Below, in pieces: positions 11,801 through 24,769 of a stretch of DNA of 64,000 nt. The notes under the pieces are model-generated. The model did no database searches, had not been told where the DNA came from, and was given only the letters and a program-made list of their open reading frames with translations. The stretch is from positions 38,814,001 through 38,878,000 of the forward strand of contig CM059432.1 of the NCBI GenBank assembly GCA_030390025.1, given 5' to 3'. Source of the DNA: Squalus acanthias. Lineage: Eukaryota. The position numbers and the translations under genes are program-made. The number at the start of each line of letters is the position of its first letter. Positions within the stretch are counted from its first letter, which is position 1.

Positions 11801-12094
11801 TAATGGGCTCACCTGTCAGTCAATGAGCCGACCATTGAAACTACTATCCATAACGATCTGGGAGTTTGGATGATCAGCCATGATCTCATCGAATGGCGGA
11901 GCAGGCTCGAGGGGCCGAATGGCCTACTCCTGCTCCTATCTTCTATGTTTCTATGATTGATAGGAAAGAAGGAAGATTAGCAGATTGTTTACCCTGTGTT
12001 TCACTTCACCATTTATCATCTTGTAATGCTATTTACTTGCTATGGAATTGTAAGCTTTGGCTAATCTTGTGTTGATTTTCTTTTTAAATCCCAG

Positions 12095-12247
12095 TATTCG
12101 ATGTTGCCCCACCCCTATCTCCGTTTGAAGAAATATCTGAAGAAGAAGCTTTGAAAATTGAGGCAAGTCCTTCACTCCCTCCAACCTCTTTTACTCTGCG
12201 TGACTATGTGGACCGGTCTGAGACTCTAACCAAGCTGGTGCTTTTGG
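12095..12247 (+). CDS. MTERF3: MTERF3 coding exon 2 (153 nt)
   Basis: Encodes [51 protein letters not shown]; ccag| and |gtatgt. Confidence 0.96.
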
Positions 12248-12632
12248 GTATGTGCTAAATCTGGTAAAAGAAATACAAATAATTCCAGTATTTTTGAACA
12301 TTAATGTGCATGGCACCTTCATTTAGACAAGCTTCATGGTTAGTGTTTTTGAGTTAATAGTGCCATTCAAAGGTTGGATCACTGAGGTACAAGCGTATGA
12401 AAATGACAGAAAGGAAGAGACCAGCTGGTCCATCGAGCCTGTTCAATACGGTCATGTTGTAATTAAGCATTATGACCCCAAATGAACCCACCCGTCAGCA
12501 ACTCCTGGGAAAGGCAGAAAAATAATCCTAGGCCAATTCAGGGAAAAATAAATTCCTCTCTGACTCCTGAACGCGATCAAAACAAGTTCAGGAGGCCACA
12601 GTGACCATGGTGCATATCACCCAATAACTCTG

Positions 12633-13068
12633 AAGAACATAAGAATTAGGAGCAGGAGTAGGCCATACGGCCCTTCGAGCCTGCTCCGCCATTCAATGAG
12701 ATGATCTTCTACCTCATCTCCACTTTCCCGCCCAATCTCCATATCCCTTGATTTCCCTAGAGTCCAAAAATCTATCCATCTCAACCTTGAATATACTCAA
12801 CGACCGAGCATCCGCAGCCCTTTCGGGTAGAGAATTCCAAAGATTCACAACCTTCTGAGTGAAGAAATTTCTCCTCCCCTCAGTTCTAAATGGCCGACCC
12901 CTTATCCTGAGACTATGCCCCCTAGTTCTAGACACTCCAGCCAGGGGAAACAACCTCTCAGCATCTACCCTGTCAATCCCCTTCAGAATCTTGTATGTTT
13001 CATTGAGATCACCTCTCATTCTTCTAAACTCTAGAGAGTATAGGCCCAATCTACTCAATCTCTCCTCA
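12633..13068 (-). mobile_element. CR1 3' fragment
   Basis: [15 protein letters not shown]...RTRGHSL...FFTQKVVNLWN; gaacataagaa tail. Confidence 0.9.
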
Positions 13069-13139
13069 CCTATCTATTGCATGCTGTGATAATAACCTCA
13101 GCCAGGAATTCATCCAGCTGACGTTTGAACGATCACAGC

Positions 13140-13640
13140 TAATCTGCATTCCATGTACAAGCTGGCAACTTGTTCCAGAGGTTGATGACTCTCCGCGAGA
13201 TGAAAAATCTCTTGCCATGTAACCTAGTTCTGTGCTTATGTATTTTATATTGACATCCCCTGGTTCTCCCTGACCTATCTAATTCAAATAGTCTATAGAC
13301 ACAGACTAACTCCTTCATTATTTTTATTACTTCAATCAAATCTCCCCAAAGTCTACACTTTTCTAGACTAAAAAGACTCCGTGCTCTAAGCCTATCCTGA
13401 TAACTAAGGACTTTTAAACTAGATATCATTCTAGCGGCCCTCCTCTGAAACTTTTTCAGTGCTGCTAAATCTCCCACCATGTGAGGGGACAAAAAGCGGA
13501 TACAATATTCTAGATGAGGCCTAACCACAGTCTTGTTTAAGGATTTTATAGTGCTCTTTGTTATATATTGGATTGTCAGTGCGATACATTCCAGTACTCT
13601 ATTAGCCTTTATTAAAGCCTGGTGGCACTGATCATAAACT
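13140..13640 (-). mobile_element. Old, diverged CR1 fragment
   Basis: [25 protein letters not shown] and RRVINLWNKLP. Confidence 0.8.
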
Positions 13641-13993
13641 TTTAGAAAGTCATGGGAAAAGTTGAAATAGGCAACAGTGTACACTCACTATTTTCTTGTC
13701 TTGTGATGTTACTTTTAGTTTCCTCATCTCGTAGTTCACATGGTTCGTTCCCTGTCTGTGCTTATGTGTATCTCATTCTCTCAACCTCCATATATGCAGA
13801 AATCATTGTTAGGATTCTGGGACCAGTGATGTTGCTCTGTGCAAAGGTATATAGTTAACATGTATAAAAGTATAGTGACTTTAATTTTTTATGACTAATT
13901 GTCACAGTCAGTAAACAAATAAATGGCTATTAAGACATAATTATTTGACACTGCACACTGTTAATGTATTTTACTTTTAATCATATCATACAG

Positions 13994-14183
13994 GTGTGGA
14001 TCTGTCTAAACTAGAAGGGCGACCGAATGTGGCCAATATGTTGTTGCGATTGGATTTTGACAGAGATGTAAAAGAGCGACTTCTATTCCTGAAAGATGTA
14101 GGAGTAGAAGAAGATCTGCTTGGAGCATTCCTCACTAGGAACCCCTTCATCCTGACTGAGCACATGGAGAATCTACAGATGAG
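13994..14183 (+). CDS. MTERF3: MTERF3 coding exon 3 (190 nt)
   Basis: Encodes [63 protein letters not shown]; cag| and |gtaaag. Confidence 0.96.
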
Positions 14184-14956
14184 GTAAAGAACAGGATTGA
14201 GAGATCTATATGATAGACTGAGAAATGCCAAGAAACTGATGAGGGCTGCTAAGAGTGACCTTGAGGAAAACCTAGCAGAACAAAAGAACAGGAGTAGGCC
14301 ATTTAGCCCCTCGAGCCCATTCCTCCATTCAATGAGATCATGGCTGATCTGCGACCTAACTCCATATTTCTGTTAATCAAAGGTATTACCTTTGATTAAC
14401 AGAAATCTATCAATCTCAGGTTTAAAATTGACCCAGCATCAACTGCCGTTTGCGGAAGAGAGTTTCAAACGTCTACCACCCTTTGTGTGTGGAAATGTTC
14501 TCTAACTTTACAACTGAAAGGCCTGGCTCTCATTTTTAGACTATGCCCCCTAGTCCTAGACTCCCCAACCAGCAGAAATAGTTCCTCTCTATCTACCCTA
14601 TCAATTCCCCTTAATATCTTGAAAACTTCATTCAAATCACTCCTTAATTTTCTAAATTCCAGAGAATACAACCCTAGTTTGTGTAATCTCTCCTCATAAT
14701 TTAACCCTTGGTGTCCAGGTATCATTCTCGTAAAGCTACACTGCACTCCCTCCAATATCCTTCTTAAGGTGTGGTGCCCAGAACTGAACACAGTGCTCCA
14801 GGTGCTGTCTAACCAGGGCTTTGTATAGTTGAAGCATGACTTCTAACCCCTTGTATGCCAGTCCTCTAGATATAAAGGCTAGAATTCCATTAGCCTTTTT
14901 GATTATTTTTGTACCTGCCCATGACATTTTGTTGATCTGTGTAGATGGAACTCTAA

Positions 14957-15686
14957 GGGCTGATTTTCATTGACCCGTGGAGGCGGGTTTGGAGGCGTGT
15001 GGGGGGTTAAAATTGCGAAAACTGGTGGGCGGGCACAAGTCCGCCTCCACGCAATTTTCATTAAATCGTGTCTGCTGGTCCCGACTCCGTCCCGCCTTTA
15101 AGAGGCGGGATAGGCTGTTAAGGCCCTTAACAAGCACTAAATTGGCTCTATAATGCCATTTTGAAAGGCCTTTGTGATTTTAACCCTTGATCTACGTGAA
15201 GCACGCCTGTTGTGAACCACGATTGTGAAACCTGGCAGGAGCACATTTGGATGGCTGACTATCAGCTACAGGTGCACTACGGAGATGTGATGAAGGTAGT
15301 AGTAGTAATAGGTCTGAAAGTCGCCTCTGATGCTGCTCCATTGAAGGTCTTCAGAGACTGCCTGGCCTTTGCTATGAGAGGATGGATGCAAAAAAATCTC
15401 TCTCACTCACACAGCAGACTTAGAGCTGCTGCTCATTTTGCATCCAAGTCCTCTCACAGCAAAGGCCAGGCAGTCTCTGACCTTCAATGCAGCAGCAATG
15501 ATGACATCATCAGAGGCGACTTTCAGACTGAAACCACCAATTGGTTCATGGGTTCCCACATGCTGGAACTCAATTGCCCAATTAGGTGAAAATTGCATCA
15601 ATCTCCCACATCCAATTGCAGTCGGGTGGATAACACGAAATGCGGATGACACGACCCCAACCCACCCCAGTATCAAAATCCAGCCC
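14957..15686. mobile_element. PIF/Harbinger-type non-autonomous element (MITE)
   Basis: TIRs GGGCTG-ATTTT / AAAATCCAGCCC with TAA TSD at 14954-14956 and 15687-15689. Confidence 0.8.
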
Positions 15687-15710
15687 TAAGTCTCTTTGGA
15701 CCTCCACTGC

Positions 15711-15877
15711 AACATTATTGATTATTTGTAAAAGTAATCATTGCATTTATATTAACTAAGGCTGTTTTTAAGGCTTTATTTTTTACTGTGATGGATGAAT
15801 GTAATGGATTTACTATGTAATGGATTTACTATGTAATTGATGAGTTGTACCGGTATTATTGTTTTTGAATAAAAGAG
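15711..15877 (+). mobile_element. 167-bp AT-rich retroposed 3' tail (LINE-like)
   Basis: 15-bp TSD TTGGACCTCCACTGC at 15696-15710 and 15878-15892; ends in AATAAAAGAG. Confidence 0.7.
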
Positions 15878-16392
15878 TTGGACCTCCACTGCTTCTAGCT
15901 TTTCCCCATTTAGAAAGTACTCTGATCTATTCTTTTTAGGTCCAAAGTGGATGACCTCACACTTGCCTATATTGAAATCCGTTTGCCACAGTTTTGCCCA
16001 TTCACTTAATCTATTAATATCTCTTTGTAATTTTATGCTTCCATCTACACTGCTTACAATGCGCCTATCTTTGTGTCATCAGCAAACTTGGATATGTGGC
16101 TCTCTATCCCGTCATCTAAGTCGTTAATAAATACAGTGAATAGTTGAGGCCCCAACACAGATCCCTGTGGGACACCTTTACCCTTCTTCATCTAGTCACA
16201 TCCTGCCAATTAGAATACCTGTCTATTATCCCTACTGTCTATTCCTGCACCTGCCACTCAGCCAATCTCCTAACCAGGTCAATAATTTGCCTTCAATTCC
16301 ATGAGCTTGAACTTTAGCTAACAGTCTCTTATGAGGGACTTTATCGAATGCCTTCTGGAAGTCCATATAAATAACATTCATAGACATTCCCC

Positions 16393-17311
16393 TGTAAGTC
16401 AATCAAGTGACCTCTCAGAGTTCTTGGACAAGACACAAATAGGCAGCAGCCAGTATATTTGAGCAATAGATCAGATTTATTAAGCTTACAGCGTAATCAA
16501 TACTTAACATTAGGCAATAGTCGAAAAGAATAGCTCGCAGCCCTTGGTCTCTGGAGCCCTTCGGACACAGGCAACGTCGTCGTAAGTCTGTTCCTTTTCT
16601 TCGCAGCAAATCTCTGTGTGAAGTTGTTCTTTGAGTATCGAGGTTTAAACCCTTTTCTTATCAACAGTTTGTTTGGCCAGTGTCCATATCTGGTCTTTAA
16701 CAAAATCATCATCTTTAATTGGTTCTAATGGTCAAAATACCATTGTCACTCAGGTTAAGGCTAGTAACCTGGCCACTCCTTTTTCAGTACTTTTTCCCCT
16801 AACTCTGCCTCGCTGTCTTATCTTGTTTATAGCTTTTCACCCCATTGGAATTTACCATATCTCTTTCATTTCCTGCCTCCCTGGTACAAGGCCTTTATAC
16901 CAAGGGCCCATATCAGCGCTGTTTCACTTGTCTTGAGGTATCCAGACTATCTCACTTTAATCTACCAGATAAATACCTTAACTTTCATGATCTCTCTCAT
17001 TTTATGTTCTTATACTAATTATCCTTTAAATATTGTTGCAATTAGTTTTGTTAATCAACTCTAATTTCTACTTAGCATTATAATATGTTATTTAACAATT
17101 TGACCTTCACGTGCAGCCTGTGGTTGTTTGTTATCAAAGCTTAGTCAAAACTGCTTTTGACTGTCCTCGCAGCTGCATTCTGAACAAGTCTTAGTATTTT
17201 AGTTACCCAGGAGTAATTATGGGTAATATTATTTGGTCAATGGCTACACTTGAATTTATACATATATGATTCTCGTCTACTAAATATCTTTAAATATCAG
17301 CCTTTCGTACA
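16393..17311 (-). mobile_element. Solo LTR (919 bp)
   Basis: TGTA...TACA termini; 4-bp TSD CCCC at 16389-16392 and 17312-17315; the host CR1 rejoins cleanly; minus-strand AATAAA at 16476-16481. Confidence 0.8.
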
Positions 17312-18692
17312 CCCCTGTCGACTACTTTAGTCACCTCCTCAAAATATTCAATCAGGTTCATCAGGCATGACCTACCCTTTACAAATCCATGCTGGCTCTC
17401 TCTAATCAGCTGGAAATTTTCGAGGTGTTCAGTCACTCCATCCTTAATTATAGGCTCTAGTAATTTCCCGACAACAGATGTTAGGCTAACTGGTCTATAA
17501 TTCCCTGTTTTCCCCCTCTCGTCTTTGTTAAATAGTGAAGTGACGTGCAATTTTCCAATCTAAAGGAACGGTTCCTGAATCGAGAGAACTTTGGAAGATC
17601 ATAGTTGGGGCATTTGCAATGTTCTCACCTACTTCCTTTAAAATTCTTGGATGAAAATCATCTGGTCCTGGGGATTTGTCGCTCTTTAGTGCCATTATTT
17701 TCTTCATTACCGTTAATTTGTTTATGTTAATTATGATAAGTTCCTGTCCCTGATTCAATGTCCAGCATGCTATTCTCTTCCTCCACTGTAAATACTGACG
17801 TAAAGTAATTATTTGACATGTCCGCCATTTCCTTATTTTCATTTATAATATTACCATTATCAGTTTTTAAGGGGCCCACATTGCTCTTAACTACCCTCTT
17901 TTTCCTAACATAATTGAGAAAGCTTTTTGTGTTGATTTTGATATCCCTTGCAAGTTTCTTTTCATACTCCTTTTCTGTAGCTCTTACTATGTTTTGTCAC
18001 CCTTTACTGTTAAACTGGTTCTGTATCGCGTTAAATTCTTTTTGAACACCTTCCACTAATCTTCTGTCGTTTTGCCCATTAACAGATTTGCCCAGTTTAC
18101 TGTGGACAGTCTCTGTCTCATCCCATTGAAGTTGGCCTTACCTAAATCTAGAATCTTAGCCGTTTCGCATTTCTCCCTTTCAAACACAATATTGAACTGA
18201 AATCATATTATGGTCGCTATTAGATAAATGTTCACGCACCGTTAGGCTATTAACTAAATCTGGCTCATTACTAATTATTAAAGCTAATATGGCCTGTCCC
18301 GTTGTTGGTTCTTGGAGATATTGTTGCAGAAAATTATCCTGAACACACTCAAGTTATTTGCTACCTTTCTGAAATGAGCTCATCTGCTCACCCCAGTCTA
18401 TATGGAAGTTAAAATCCCCCATTAAAACCACTCTGCCTTTACTACATGCTTGTCTAATCTTTGCATTAATACATTCTGCCACGTCACAGCTGCTACCAGG
18501 GGCCTATACACAACTCCCACTACAGTCTTCAATCCTTTTCTATTTCTTAATTCTACCCATAAAGTCTCCACTGCCTGCTTACCTCTCATTATATCATCTC
18601 TTATCATAGAAGTAATTTCATCCTTAATCACTAATGCTCCTCCTCCCACTCTATCACATTCCCTATCCTACCTGTAGACCTTATAACCTGGT

Positions 18693-19707
18693 GTACGAGT
18701 GGTGTGCCACAGGGATCAGTGCTGCGGCCTCAACTTTTTACAATTTATATTAATGACTTGGATGAAGGGACCGAAGGTATGGTTGCTAAATTTGCTGATG
18801 ACACAAAGATAGGTAGGAAAGTAAATTGTGAAGAGGACATAAGGAGGCTACAAAGGGATATAGATAGGTTAAGTGAGTGGGCAAAAATCTGGCAAATGGA
18901 GTATAATATGGGAAAATGTGAAATTGTCCATTTTGGCAGGAAGAATAAAAAAGATGCATATTATCTAAATGGTGAGAGATTGCAGAGCTCCGAGATGCAG
19001 AGGGATCTGGGTGTCCTAGTGCATGAATCGCAAAAGGTTTGTATGCAACTACAGCAAGTAATTAGGAAAGCTAATAGAATGTTATCGTCTATTGCGAGGG
19101 GAATTGAATACAGAAGTAGGGAGGTTATGCTTCAGTTATACAGGGCATTGGTGAGACCACATCTGGAGTACTGTGTTCAGTATTGGTCTCCTTATTTAAG
19201 GAAGGATGTAAATACGTTGGAAGCAGTTCAGAGAAGGTTTACTAGACTAATACCTGGAATGGGCAGGTTGTCTTATGAGGAAAGGTTGGACAGGCTAGGC
19301 TTGTATCCGCTGGAGTTTAGAAGAGTAAGAGGTGACTTGATTGAAATATATAAGATCTTGAGGGGTCTTGACAGGGTGGATGTGGAGAGGATGTTTCCTC
19401 TTGTGGGAGAATCTAGAACTAGGGGTCACTGTTTAAAAATAAGGGGTCACCCATTTAAGACAGAGATGAGAGATTTTTTCTCACAGAGGGTCGTGAGTCT
19501 TTGGAACTCTCTTCCTCAGAGGGCGGTGGAAGCAGAGTCTTTGAATATTTTTAAGGCAGAGATAGATAGATTCTTGGTAAGCAAGGGGGTGAAAGGTTAT
19601 CGGGGGTGGCGGGAATGTGGAGTAATCGGATCAGCCATGATCTTATTGAATGGTGGAGCAGGCTCGAGGGGCCGAGTGGCCTGCTCCTGCTCCTAATTCG
19701 TATGTTT
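18693..19707 (+). mobile_element. Young 5'-truncated CR1 with an open 330-codon RT C-terminal frame
   Basis: [24 protein letters not shown] and [13 protein letters not shown]; inserted into the host CR1 endonuclease domain. Confidence 0.92.
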
Positions 19708-21081
19708 GTATATTTAGTTCCCAGTCCTGACTGTCTTGCAGCCATGTCTCAGTAATGGCTACAATGTCATACCCTCCAAGGTGAACGTGCGCCTGCAGTT
19801 CATTCAATTTATTCCTTATACTCGGTGCATTTGTAAAAGAACATTTATTTGAGCCACACACCCTAACCTGTCCTTCTGCTCTAAAGTTGTTTTTCTCTCA
19901 CATTTCTTATTTCTCCTGATTTAATTAAATTGCATCTTTTTAGTTTTCCCTTTACCTGTAGTGCCTAATGCACAATTTCTGACTATTGCTCTACTCTCTT
20001 CCTTTTCATTTGTTTTAGAATTATTATTTATACTACCTTTTCCACCTGAGCGCTTCCCCCCACCGCCCATTTACTAGTTTAAAGTGCTTGTGACCGCCCT
20101 ATTTATCCTTTCCATTCGGACCCTGGTCCCAACCTGGCTCAGGTGGAGCCCATCCCAACAGAACAGTTCCTTCCTGTGGAACCCCTCTTTCCCACACCAC
20201 TCCTTCAACCACGTGTTCACCGCCCTAATCTGCTTAGCCCTATGCCAATTTGCATGTGGCTTGGTTAATAATCCTGAGATTATAACCCTTGAGGTCCTGT
20301 TTTTTTAATTTAGCTCCTAGCTCTTGATACTCTCTGAGCAGGACCTCCTGCCTACTCTTTGGACCACAATTACGGGATCCTCCCCCCTCCTTCTCCAATA
20401 TCCCTTCAAACTGATTCGGGATGTCCCTCACTCTGGCACCAGGTAGGCAACATACCTTGTGGGACTCTCGATCCTACTTACAGGGGATTCTATCCGTCCC
20501 CCTAATTATTGAATCCTCTACAACTACCACATTACGCTTCCCCTCCTCCTCCCTGTGGACAGCCTCCTGCTCCAAGGTGCCATGGTCAGCATTCTGGCTG
20601 TCCTTCTGACAGTCTTCATCCTTATCCTTACAGGTAGCAAGTACATTGTACCTGTTGGATAGGATCAGTTTCTGTGGATCCTCGTTGTCTTTCTTACCTG
20701 GGTTCCCCTTACTCTGCACACTATCGGTCACACCAACCCCATTCTGATCCTGCACCTCTCTATGAGGTGTGACTGAGGTCGAGAGCAAACTGTCCAGATG
20801 CTCCTCCCCTCCTTTATGTGTTGGAACAGTAAAACGTTATTCAACTGTGTCAGGAGTAAACACCGGGTGCAAAGAGGGGTTGGCCCACTAAAAAAAGACA
20901 ATGAGGAAGTGGTGTCTGAAGATAGAAAAAATGCTGAAGGAATTAACCATTGTGTTTCAAGTGTTCACAAAAAACAATGGCAGGAGAAATGCCAGAATTG
21001 GGGTACAGTTTAAAGGTAAATGTAGACTGAAATATTTAAAGTCACAAGAAATGACATATTGGGGAGGTTGTTAAAGCTCAA

Positions 21082-21400
21082 AGAAAGAAAAAAAAGACTT
21101 GCATTTATATAGCGCCTTTCATGACCAAAGTGCTTTACAGCCACTAAAGTGCTTTTTGAAGTGCAGTCACTGTTGTAATGTAGAAAACACGGCAGCCAAC
21201 TTGCACACAGCAAGCTCCCACAAACAGCAATGTGATAATGACCAGATAAACTGTTCTAGTGATGTTGATTTGAGGGATAAATATTGGCCCAGGACACTGG
21301 GGAAAACTCCCCTGTTCTTATCGAAATAGTGCCCATGGGATCTTTTACGTCCACCTGAGAGGGCAAGCGGGGCCTCGGTTTATCATCTCATCCGAAATAC
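21082..21400 (-). mobile_element. Deu-domain SINE fragment
   Basis: aaatagtgcccatgggatcttttacgtccacctgagagggcaagcggggcctcggttt; tail cttgcatttatatagcgcc. Confidence 0.75.
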
Positions 21401-22061
21401 AAGGTAGATGAGGCTTCTGGCTCTGACAATTTTTTTCCCAGGGTTCTGAAGAAATTGGCTCAAACGATTGCGAGTCTTCTTACAGATATTTTTCAGAGTT
21501 CACTGGACTTTTGCCAAATCCCAGTGGATTGGAAAATAGAAAATGTGACTGCCATCTTCAAAAAGGGGCAAAGGATGAACCATCAAATTATAAACCTGTG
21601 AGGCTTGCCTCCACTGTAAAGGGCATTAGCTAATCCGAGACAGTCCGCATAGTTTTAGAAGTGGGAGGTCATGTTTGACTAATTTATTAGATTTCTTTGA
21701 GGAGATGACAGACCTAGTGGGGAGGGACAGTGGATATTATCTACCTGGATTTCAGGAAAGCGTTTGACATTGTCCCACATGATAGGGTACTACATAAGGT
21801 CCAAGTCCAAAGGATAGATGGGAATGTATTAGAATACTATGGCAACGTATTGGCAACCATGTGTTTGGTTGGTAGACGACAGCGAGTAGTAGTGGATGGA
21901 TAGGTATCTGGTTGGCAGCTAGTTACCAGTGGAATGTCACAAGATTCAGTGTTGGGGCCACTGTTGTTTATAATTTTTATAAACGATTTAGAGGAAGGAA
22001 TTGTGTCCAAATTTGCAGACGATACCAAATTAGGAGCAGTGACAAATGATGAATACCAATA

Positions 22062-22605
22062 CAGGTTGAGCGTCCAAAATCCGTAGATCCGGACTCCGGG
22101 ACGATTGGTGGTAGGGTCGTCCGGAATCCGTAAAATGATCCGGAACTCCGGATTTTGGACGCTCAACCTGTACTTCAAAAAGCCATTAACTTTCGTTGTC
22201 TTTTTTTGAAAAATCCTATGAAAAATACGAGTGATGCAATAAAACTTTAGTGTTGTGTTTTATCCTCCTTAATCTGCACAGCTCCACTAAGTGTTTCCAC
22301 CAGGCTGCGGCCGTGGCACCACGCCGCCCTGGTGGCCTAGTGTGGGCCATCGGATGCTCTGCAGAGCTCGCAGCGTCCCTCCCCTTTAACAGAAGGGGAG
22401 GGGCGGAGAAACACGTCAGCGCTACGCGGAGCGGCCCAGGCATTTCCGGACTCGGAACGTGTTTCTGATGTCCGAAGTCCGGAAACGCCCGAGCTCAGGT
22501 TGCGATATTTCCGGACTTCAGACATCAGAAACACGTTCCGAAGTCCGGAAAAACATGAAAACCGGCCTCGGTCCCGAGGTTGCCAGATTCAGGATGCTCA
22601 ACCTG
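22062..22605. mobile_element. Tc1/mariner (Tigger-like) MITE with three TIR copies
   Basis: TA|CAGGTTGAGCGTCC at 22062; inverted copies end at 22170 (followed by TA) and at 22605. Confidence 0.8.
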
Positions 22606-23409
22606 TGTACACAAATTCAAAAGGATCTTGACAAGCTCGATCAGTGGATGGAGAAATGGCAGATGTAGTTTAATACAGGGAAATGTAAGGTTATAAGATT
22701 TGGCAGAGGGAAGGTTGATACAGATTTTGTGCTAAATAGGAAAATACGTGAGGTATCTGACAGGAGAGAGATCTTGGGGTTTTAATGGAGAGGTCACTAA
22801 AACCATCAGCACAATGTTCCCAAGTTGTTTAAAAAGATAACAGGATGTTGGGATACATAGCAAAGTTTAAATCCGGAGAGGTCATTTTAAAACTGTATTT
22901 GGCCCTGGAGAGACTGCATCTGGAGCACTGAATGCAGATTTGGTGTCTCTATTTTAAAAAGGCTATTCAATTATTAGTGGGAGTACAGAGAAGGGCTGCA
23001 CAGTGGATCCTGGAACTTAAGGGAATGACGTATGAGGAAAGATTGACTACCCTGGGTCTTTCCTGTCTTGAAAAGAGAAAACTGAGCAGTGTTATAATAG
23101 AAGTGCTTAAAATTATAAAAGCTTTGAACAATTTGGATCCAACTAAACTTTTCTGTTGTGTGCAGAATTTAACCACGAGGGGTCATATAAATACACATTA
23201 AGGACAAAAGCAGATAGGAAATGCAGTAAGAACTTTTTTATTAAAAGCGTGGTAAGTATGTGGAACACATTACCAGTGGTGGAATAATAGGTTTCAAGAA
23301 GGAACTAGACAGGTTCTTGTCAACAAATGGGATTCAGGGCTATTGGATCTAATTGGTGGAGCAGGCTCTAGGGGCTGAATGACCTACTCCTTTTCCTAAT
23401 GTTCCTAGG

Positions 23410-24035
23410 TGCTGTCTTTCAGATGAAACATTAAACCAAGGCCCAGTCTGCCTGTTTAGGTGGATGCAAAATGATTCCACGGCACCATTCAAAGAAGGGC
23501 AGGCAATTGTCCCAGTGCCCTGTCCAACATTCCTTTCTCAACCATCACCACCAAAAAGCACTACAGGAAACTCTTTATTAACCGGCACCGACGGACCGGC
23601 GTGGTGCCGGTTAATCAAAAAGTCCGGATAATGGAGAGTTATATCTCCCAACGTACGAGAGCCCCGTACACACTGACATGCGCCTGCATTCGGAGCTCCG
23701 TCTCCCCGGGGACCGCCAGCTGACCATCTGTCGTGTCCGCTGCCTACCCGGGCTGCACATTCCCCTCCCAATCTACACGCTCCGATACAAGGCAAACGCC
23801 TCGGGGTTTTTTTTTAAGTTAATTTTAAACGAGAGATGAAGGAAAACCCCGGTTACCTACTCAAGAATTTTGCCGGTTAAGAGAGATTTCCGGATATTTG
23901 GGTACCGGTTAATAAAGAGTTTCCTGTAGTTGGTAATTCATCTAATGTGCTGTTTGTGGGACTTGCTGTGAGCAAATTAAGTGCTGTATTTGCCTACAAA
24001 ATAACAGTGACTACACTCAAAAGTAATTTATTTCT
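23410..24035 (+). mobile_element. Deu-domain SINE interrupted by a MITE
   Basis: gctgtctttcagatgaaacattaaaccaaggcccagtctgcc...gctgtttgtgggacttgctgtg. Confidence 0.7.
23564..23926. mobile_element. Tc1/mariner (Tigger-like) MITE
   Basis: Perfect 22-bp TIR CAGGAAACTCTTTATTAACCGG with TA TSD on both sides. Confidence 0.88.
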
Positions 24036-24769
24036 TGCATGAGAAACAAAAAGGAAGTATGAATTTGGAGATTGTATTCTATTTGCTATTATCTGACTGA
24101 ACTCATGACTCATGAACATTCCTCGATTGCAGTCACCTGGTGGAATTCAGATACATTTTAAGGTGCATCTAATTGAAATCTTTCACTTTTTAAATGAAAC
24201 ATCTTCAGAAAGAAGTGCTAATTTTGTAATCTATCACATCCATATAATGTATCCAAGTCCTCGAAGAAGAAGGTAAATGTTTAAAAGAATCAGAGTGCAA
24301 TGGCCATGCATAAAAGGAGCTGTGACAGGCTTGTTTATCGATGTACCACACCATGGTGCAAATGGCTGTCTTTTTGTCTTGAATAATAAAGGGTCATGAG
24401 CAGTTCATAGCAAATTGGATTCCATGAGGGTTCACTTTCAACTTCAGAGGGATGGGTGGGGGAGGGGGTGGAACGGAAAGCTGATTATCAGATCGGCTGC
24501 CCGTTATACACCCCGCCTGACTTTCCTTTTCATTGAAGCCATTTGGCTCACAACTGTGGTATTGACACCTGAAATAATGATGTCACAGCTGAGGTATATG
24601 TCACCCCAGCTCTTGTCTTTTCTGCTGATTAATGTTAGATTTACCACTTTGGGGGCTTCCTTGCCAACCTCCTTCCCATCCTGCTCACCCCACCCACCGC
24701 TGTTCCCTTGGACTCTGCCGGCAGATCAACAATCGCTGCCCCTCTCTGCATTTCCCTCTGGAATGTCCA

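Larger units (their letters stand above)
14278..20818 (-). mobile_element. Near-full-length CR1 (ORF1 esterase-like remnant about 20080-20790; ORF2 APE and RT) carrying four nested insertions
   Basis: ORF1-like RNVVVVEDSIIRGTDR; endonuclease TNAPSIRNKLNEL...YDIVAITETWL; RT SQHGFVKGRSCLMNLIEYFE; 3' tail near 14280. Confidence 0.85.
20820..23408 (+). mobile_element. Old plus-strand CR1 (its 5' piece is at about 14190-14277), interrupted by a SINE and a MITE
   Basis: [27 protein letters not shown] and MTYEERLTTLGL; CR1 tail near 23400. Confidence 0.8.

Noticed and set aside
18704..19696. 330-aa ORF as a host gene or active element
   Set aside because: It is a 5'-truncated CR1 ORF2 lacking the endonuclease and the N-terminal RT motifs.
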